Assembly (NCBI GenBank): GCA_035546715.1
Contig: DASZWI010000131.1
Location: forward strand, 35,465-99,464
Source of the DNA: Gaiellaceae bacterium
GTDB taxonomy: Bacteria > Actinomycetota > Thermoleophilia > Gaiellales > Gaiellaceae
Length of the DNA stretch: 64,000 nt
Direction: 5' to 3'
In this document: in pieces, positions 60,219 through 64,000 of the stretch
How the letters are laid out: each line of letters begins with the position of its first letter
Numbering within the stretch: position 1 is the first letter of the stretch
Notes under the pieces: generated by a model
Database searches by the model: none
What the model saw: the letters and a program-made list of their open reading frames with translations, nothing else
Told to the model about the DNA's origin: nothing
Program-made: the position numbers and the translations under genes

Positions 60219-61014
60219 CGCGCTTGCCCGCTCGCGGAAGGCGCGTGCGGTTCAGGAGACGCTCTGCGAGTGGGTCTACCGCCCGCTCGCGCACGTGGTC
60301 GTGACGGCGCTCGCGCCGTTGCGGGTTCCCCCACCCGTCGTCGCCGCCTCCGCCGGCACGACCGGCCTGGTCGCGGCGGCGCTGCTCGGGCGCGGGCACC
60401 TCGCCGCGGCCGGGCTCGTCGTGCAGGTGAAGACGGTGCTCGACAACGCCGACGGCCAGCTCGCCCGGCTCACGGGCCGCGTGACGCCCTTCGGCCGGTA
60501 CCTCGACTCCGAGCTGGACCTGTTCGTGGACGCGGCGCTGTTCGCCGGCGTGGGGTGGGCCACCGGCCGGGTGCTCCTCCCGCTGCTCGGGTTCCTCGCC
60601 CTGACGGCCGTGCTCAGCGTCAACTTCAACGCCGAGCGGCTCTACCGGGCCGAGCGGGAGGGCGCGGCGCCGGCGATGCCGGAGGCGCTCACGCGTCCGG
60701 CCGCCGTGCTGCGCCGGGTCTACGCCCTGCTCTACGCGCCGCAGGACCGGGTCGTCGAGGGCTTCGTCGAGCGGCGCCTGCGCGGCGCGTCGCCGGCAGC
60801 CCGGCTCGCCTACCACGACCGTGGAACGGTCCGCGTGCTCGCCAACCTCGGCATGTCCACGCAGCTCGCGGCGTTCGGCGTGTGCCTCGTCGCCGGGCGC
60901 CCGCTGGCCTACGCATGGCTCTGCCTCGCGGAGCTGGGCCTCGTCGCCCTGCTGGCGCTGCGCCGCGAGCTGCTCGTCCGCACCATCCCCCAACTGAAGG
61001 AGGAAGCTCTGTGA
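60211..61014 (+). CDS. CDP-alcohol phosphatidyltransferase family protein
   Basis: TTG 60211 overlaps the upstream gene by 8 nt. DNADGQLARLTGRVTPFGRYLDSELDLFVD fits D-G-x2-A-R-x8-G-x3-D-x3-D. Confidence 0.75.
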   Translation: MSSALARSRKARAVQETLCEWVYRPLAHVVVTALAPLRVPPPVVAASAGTTGLVAAALLGRGHLAAAGLVVQVKTVLDNADGQLARLTGRVTPFGRYLDSELDLFVDAALFAGVGWATGRVLLPLLGFLALTAVLSVNFNAERLYRAEREGAAPAMPEALTRPAAVLRRVYALLYAPQDRVVEGFVERRLRGASPAARLAYHDRGTVRVLANLGMSTQLAAFGVCLVAGRPLAYAWLCLAELGLVALLALRRELLVRTIPQLKEEAL

Positions 61015-61652
61015 GACCCGTCGTCGAGCTCACGCCCCGGCTCGAAGAGATCGAGACGAGGGAGTTCGACCCCGGCCAGAGGGAGCGCTTCGAGCGGCAT
61101 CTCGCGGAGATCCTCTCTGCGCTGGGGATGGACCTGCACACGCCCGGCACGCGCGACACGCCGCGACGGCTGCTCCAGGCGCTGATCGACTCGACCGCCG
61201 GCTACGACGGCGACGAGAAGCTCCTGACCGCGTTCCCGTCCGAGCGCCCAGCGGGCGTCGACGGGTCACACGGGCAGATCGTCGAGGGCCCGATCGCGTT
61301 CCACGCGCTCTGCGAGCACCACGCGCTGCCGTTCCACGGGGTCGCGCACGTCGCGTACGTGGCCGGCGACGAGATCCTCGGGATCTCGAAGCTGACCCGC
61401 CTCGTCCGCCTCTACGCGCGCCGCTTCACCGTGCAGGAGCGCCTCGGGGAGCAGATCGCCGACACGCTCGTCGAGCTCGTGCGCCCGCGCGGCGTCGCGG
61501 TGCGGCTCGAGGCGGCGCATCTCTGCACGCAGATGCGCGGCGTCGCCGAGGAGTCGTCGCGCACCGTGACGACGTTCTGGCGCGGCCTCTACGACGAGGA
61601 CGCCGACCTGCGGCGGGAGTTCCTCGACGAGGTGCGGAGGTCGCGGGCCTGA
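61011..61652 (+). CDS. folE: GTP cyclohydrolase I
   Basis: GTG 61011 (GTGA overlap). 213 aa. FHALCEHHALPFHGVAHVAYV..ISKLTRLVRLYARRFTVQERL. Confidence 0.93.
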   Translation: MRPVVELTPRLEEIETREFDPGQRERFERHLAEILSALGMDLHTPGTRDTPRRLLQALIDSTAGYDGDEKLLTAFPSERPAGVDGSHGQIVEGPIAFHALCEHHALPFHGVAHVAYVAGDEILGISKLTRLVRLYARRFTVQERLGEQIADTLVELVRPRGVAVRLEAAHLCTQMRGVAEESSRTVTTFWRGLYDEDADLRREFLDEVRRSRA

Positions 61653-62455
61653 GCCTCGCGCCGCTCGAGCTGCTCGACGAGCGGCCCGGACTGCCCGAGC
61701 TCGACCTGCCGGACGAGCTGCGGCGGCTGTACGGGGGCGGGCTCGGCTTCCGCGAGCCTGCCCTCGTCGCCAACTTCGTCCAGACGGTCGACGGCGTCGT
61801 CGCGATCCCCGACGCCGCGCGGTCGAACGCCCTCATCGCCGGCGGCAGCGAGGCCGACCGGTTCGTCATGGGGCTGCTGCGCGCGTGCGCGGACGCCGTG
61901 CTCGTCGGGTCGGGGACGATGCTCGGCTCGCCGAAGGGGACGTGGCGCGCCGACCGCGCCTTCCCGGACGCCGCCGATGCGTTCGCCGAGCTGCGCCGCC
62001 GCCTCGGCAAGCCCGAGCAGCCGGCGGTGGCGCTCGTGACGGGCGGAGGCTCGTTCGACCCGACCCACCCGCTCCTCGAGACCGGGGCGCTCGTGCTGAC
62101 GACGGAGGCCGCGGCGCCGCAGCTCGCGGCGGCCGTGCCCGCGTCCTCCGAGATCGTCGCGGTGTGCTCCGGCGACCGCGTCGACGCCGCCGCTGCGGTC
62201 GCGGAGCTCCGCCGGCGCGGGAACGCGCTGATCCTCTCCGAGGGCGGCCCGACGCTCTTCGCGTCGCTCCTGGCGGCGGGCCTTGTCGACGAGCTCTTCC
62301 TCACCGTCTCCCCGCTGCTCGCGGGTCGCGGCACGCGGCCGCGCCTCGGGCTGGTCGAGGGCGTCGAGCTGCTGCCGGACGCGACGGCGCCGTGGAGCGT
62401 CCGCTCCGTGCGGCGTCACGGCGACCACCTGTACGTCCGCTACTCCGCCGGCTGA
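61649..62455 (+). CDS. RibD C-terminal-domain (DHFR-like) reductase, proposed CTG start
   Basis: Homology (LRRLYGGGLGF..VANFVQTVDGVVA..ADRFVMGLLRACADAVLVGSGT) begins about 70 codons upstream of the first ATG (61868). The frame has no canonical start there. GGAGG lies 8 nt before CTG 61649. Confidence 0.65.
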   Translation: MSLAPLELLDERPGLPELDLPDELRRLYGGGLGFREPALVANFVQTVDGVVAIPDAARSNALIAGGSEADRFVMGLLRACADAVLVGSGTMLGSPKGTWRADRAFPDAADAFAELRRRLGKPEQPAVALVTGGGSFDPTHPLLETGALVLTTEAAAPQLAAAVPASSEIVAVCSGDRVDAAAAVAELRRRGNALILSEGGPTLFASLLAAGLVDELFLTVSPLLAGRGTRPRLGLVEGVELLPDATAPWSVRSVRRHGDHLYVRYSAG

Positions 62456-64000
62456 TCGGCGTCGAGCAGCTCGCGCACGGCGCGGGCGAGCTCGTCCGGC
62501 CCGAACGGCTTCTCGATGAAGGCCGTCGTGGCGTCGCCGATGCCGCTGCGCAGGGCGTTGTCGGCGGGGTAGCCCGAGGTGAAGAGCACGCGCAGCGTGG
62601 GGGTCGACGCCTGGAGCCGCTCGGCGAGCTCCCGGCCGTTGCGTCCGGGCATGACGACGTCGGTGATCAGCAGGTCGATTCCGTCCGCCTCGGCGGCGAG
62701 CGCCTCCGCGCGGTCGGCCCGGTCGGCCTCGAGCACGCGGTAGCCGTGCCCGCGCAGGATCGTCGCGACGAACGTGCGGACGCCCTCCTCGTCCTCCACG
62801 AGCAGGATCGTCTCGGTGCCGTCGAGCACCGCGACCTCGGGCTGGCGGGCGCGCTCGACGCGCCGCCCTTCCGTGCGCTTGAAGTAGAGCTTGAACGTCG
62901 TGCCGAGCCCGGGCTCGGAGTAGAGCCAGATGTGGCCGCCGGTCTGGCTGACGATGCCGTGCACCGTCGCCAGCCCGAGGCCCGTGCCCTCCGCCTTCGT
63001 GGTGAAGAACGGCTCGAAGACGTGCTCCTGCGTCTCCCGGTCCATGCCGACGCCGGTGTCGGTCATCTGGAGCAGCAGGTACTTGCCCGGCTCCACGCCG
63101 ACGTGGCTCGCGGCGTAGTCGGCGTCGAGCTCGACGTTGTCCGTCTTGATCGACAGGCGGCCGCCGTCGGGCATCGCGTCGCGGGCGTTCACGACGAGGT
63201 TCAGGACGACCTGCGTGAGCTGGCCGGGATCCGCCAGCACGAGCCACGGGTCGTCGACGAGGTCGACGGTCATCTCGACGTCCTCGCCGATCAGCCGGTC
63301 GAGCAGCGACTGCGTCTCGCGCACCACCTCGTTCACGTCGACGACCGAGGGTCGGAGGACCTGCTGCCGGCTGAACGCGAGCAGGTGACGCGTCAGCGTC
63401 GCCGCCCGCTCGCCCGCGTGGTCGATCGCGAGCGCCTGCTCCTGGAGCTCGACGTCCGTCAGCGCCTTCGCGAGGGTCGCGCTGTAGCCCCGGATCACGA
63501 CGAGGAGGTTGTTGAAGTCGTGCGCGACCCCGCCCGCGAGCCTGCCGATCGCCTCGAGCTTCTGCGTCTGGCGCAGCTGCTCCTCGAGCCGCCGCTGCTC
63601 GGTGACGTCCTGCGCGAGGACGACGCGCGCGGGGCGACCGGCGAACTCGACGAGGTTCGACGAGATGGCGACGTCGATGCGCGAGCCGTCCTTGCGCACA
63701 TGCCGCCAGACGCCTGTGTGCGTGACGCCGTCGTCGATGGCGTCGAGGGTGCGGCGCAGGGTCGGGACGTCCTCCTGCGGGCGGATGTCCTCGATCGTCA
63801 GCCCGAGGAACTCGTCCCGGGACCAGCCGTACGCCGCCACCGCGGCCTCGTTCACGTCGAGGAACCGGTGCGTCTCGGTGTCGAAGATCCACATCGGGTT
63901 CGGGTGCCGCTGGAAGAGCAGGCGGTAGCTCTCCTCCGAGGAGCGCAGCGACTCCTCGGCCCGCCGACGCTCGCCCAGCTCGGCCCTGACCGACGCGATC
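62440..64000 (-). CDS. Hybrid sensor histidine kinase (PAS-HisKA-HATPase-REC), 5' end outside window
   Basis: H-box LAGGVAHDFNNLL, N-box LNLVVNARDAM, G-boxes DTGVGMD / GTGLGLA, REC domain ILLVEDEE..DVVMPG. The frame stays open upstream of ATG 63894 to the window edge (..SEESYRLLFQRHPNPMWIFD). Confidence 0.85.
   Translation of the reverse strand, partial: IASVRAELGERRRAEESLRSSEESYRLLFQRHPNPMWIFDTETHRFLDVNEAAVAAYGWSRDEFLGLTIEDIRPQEDVPTLRRTLDAIDDGVTHTGVWRHVRKDGSRIDVAISSNLVEFAGRPARVVLAQDVTEQRRLEEQLRQTQKLEAIGRLAGGVAHDFNNLLVVIRGYSATLAKALTDVELQEQALAIDHAGERAATLTRHLLAFSRQQVLRPSVVDVNEVVRETQSLLDRLIGEDVEMTVDLVDDPWLVLADPGQLTQVVLNLVVNARDAMPDGGRLSIKTDNVELDADYAASHVGVEPGKYLLLQMTDTGVGMDRETQEHVFEPFFTTKAEGTGLGLATVHGIVSQTGGHIWLYSEPGLGTTFKLYFKRTEGRRVERARQPEVAVLDGTETILLVEDEEGVRTFVATILRGHGYRVLEADRADRAEALAAEADGIDLLITDVVMPGRNGRELAERLQASTPTLRVLFTSGYPADNALRSGIGDATTAFIEKPFGPDELARAVRELLDADQPAE

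Overview
This is a very GC-rich window (third codon positions almost all G/C; not computed). It is essentially one large flagellar/chemotaxis region with a Bacillus-like (monoderm) gene order. No L/P-ring genes are present.

Gene order, left to right:
- flhB'-flhA-flhF-pilZ and two small ORFs
- flagellin 1 (+)
- MFS, infA, cspA, CHAP hydrolase (-)
- flagellin 2-csrA-fliW-flgL-flgK-flgN-like-rod-binding-flgG-flgF (-)
- a fliK-like gene plus a stand-alone FlhB C-domain
- a ~21-kb sugar island: pseB, pseC, a GNAT-aminotransferase fusion, pseG, pseI, a degenerate second NeuB paralogue, pseF, a PIG-L deacetylase, a WbqC-like gene, two methyltransferases and five large glycosyltransferases
- flaG-fliD-fliS-fliT-like
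- flgB-flgC-fliE-fliF-fliG-fliH-fliI
- a three-gene insertion (hypothetical, J-domain, HDOD)
- cheW-cheB-cheR-cheA-cheC-cheD-fliM-fliY-cheY
- unrelated genes: secreted protein, DUF3307, cNMP-binding, PCD, ECF sigma/anti-sigma, FAD oxidoreductase, CDP-alcohol phosphatidyltransferase, folE, RibD_C-like reductase, partial hybrid histidine kinase

No rRNA, tRNA, CRISPR, transposase or integrase was seen.

Most noteworthy observations:
1. An exact sigma-28 consensus promoter lies inside an ORF that joins a TPR-glycosyltransferase in frame to FlaG.
2. A modular, hairpin-rich repeat family has 7 copies, mostly docked at gene 3' ends.
3. Two genes have no canonical start but carry an SD plus a CTG overlapping the upstream stop (CTGA).
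4. An IF-1 homologue has a conserved N-terminus that is reachable only from an ATA codon.
5. The pseudaminic-acid flagellin-glycosylation island has no Maf-type transferase, and instead carries unusual multidomain enzymes, a metal-ligand-less NeuB paralogue and a shared C-terminal module.
6. FlhF has degenerate GTPase motifs and no FlhG partner.

Coordinates of internal starts were derived by codon counting from the supplied ORF track. All homology calls come from motif recognition by eye, not from searches.
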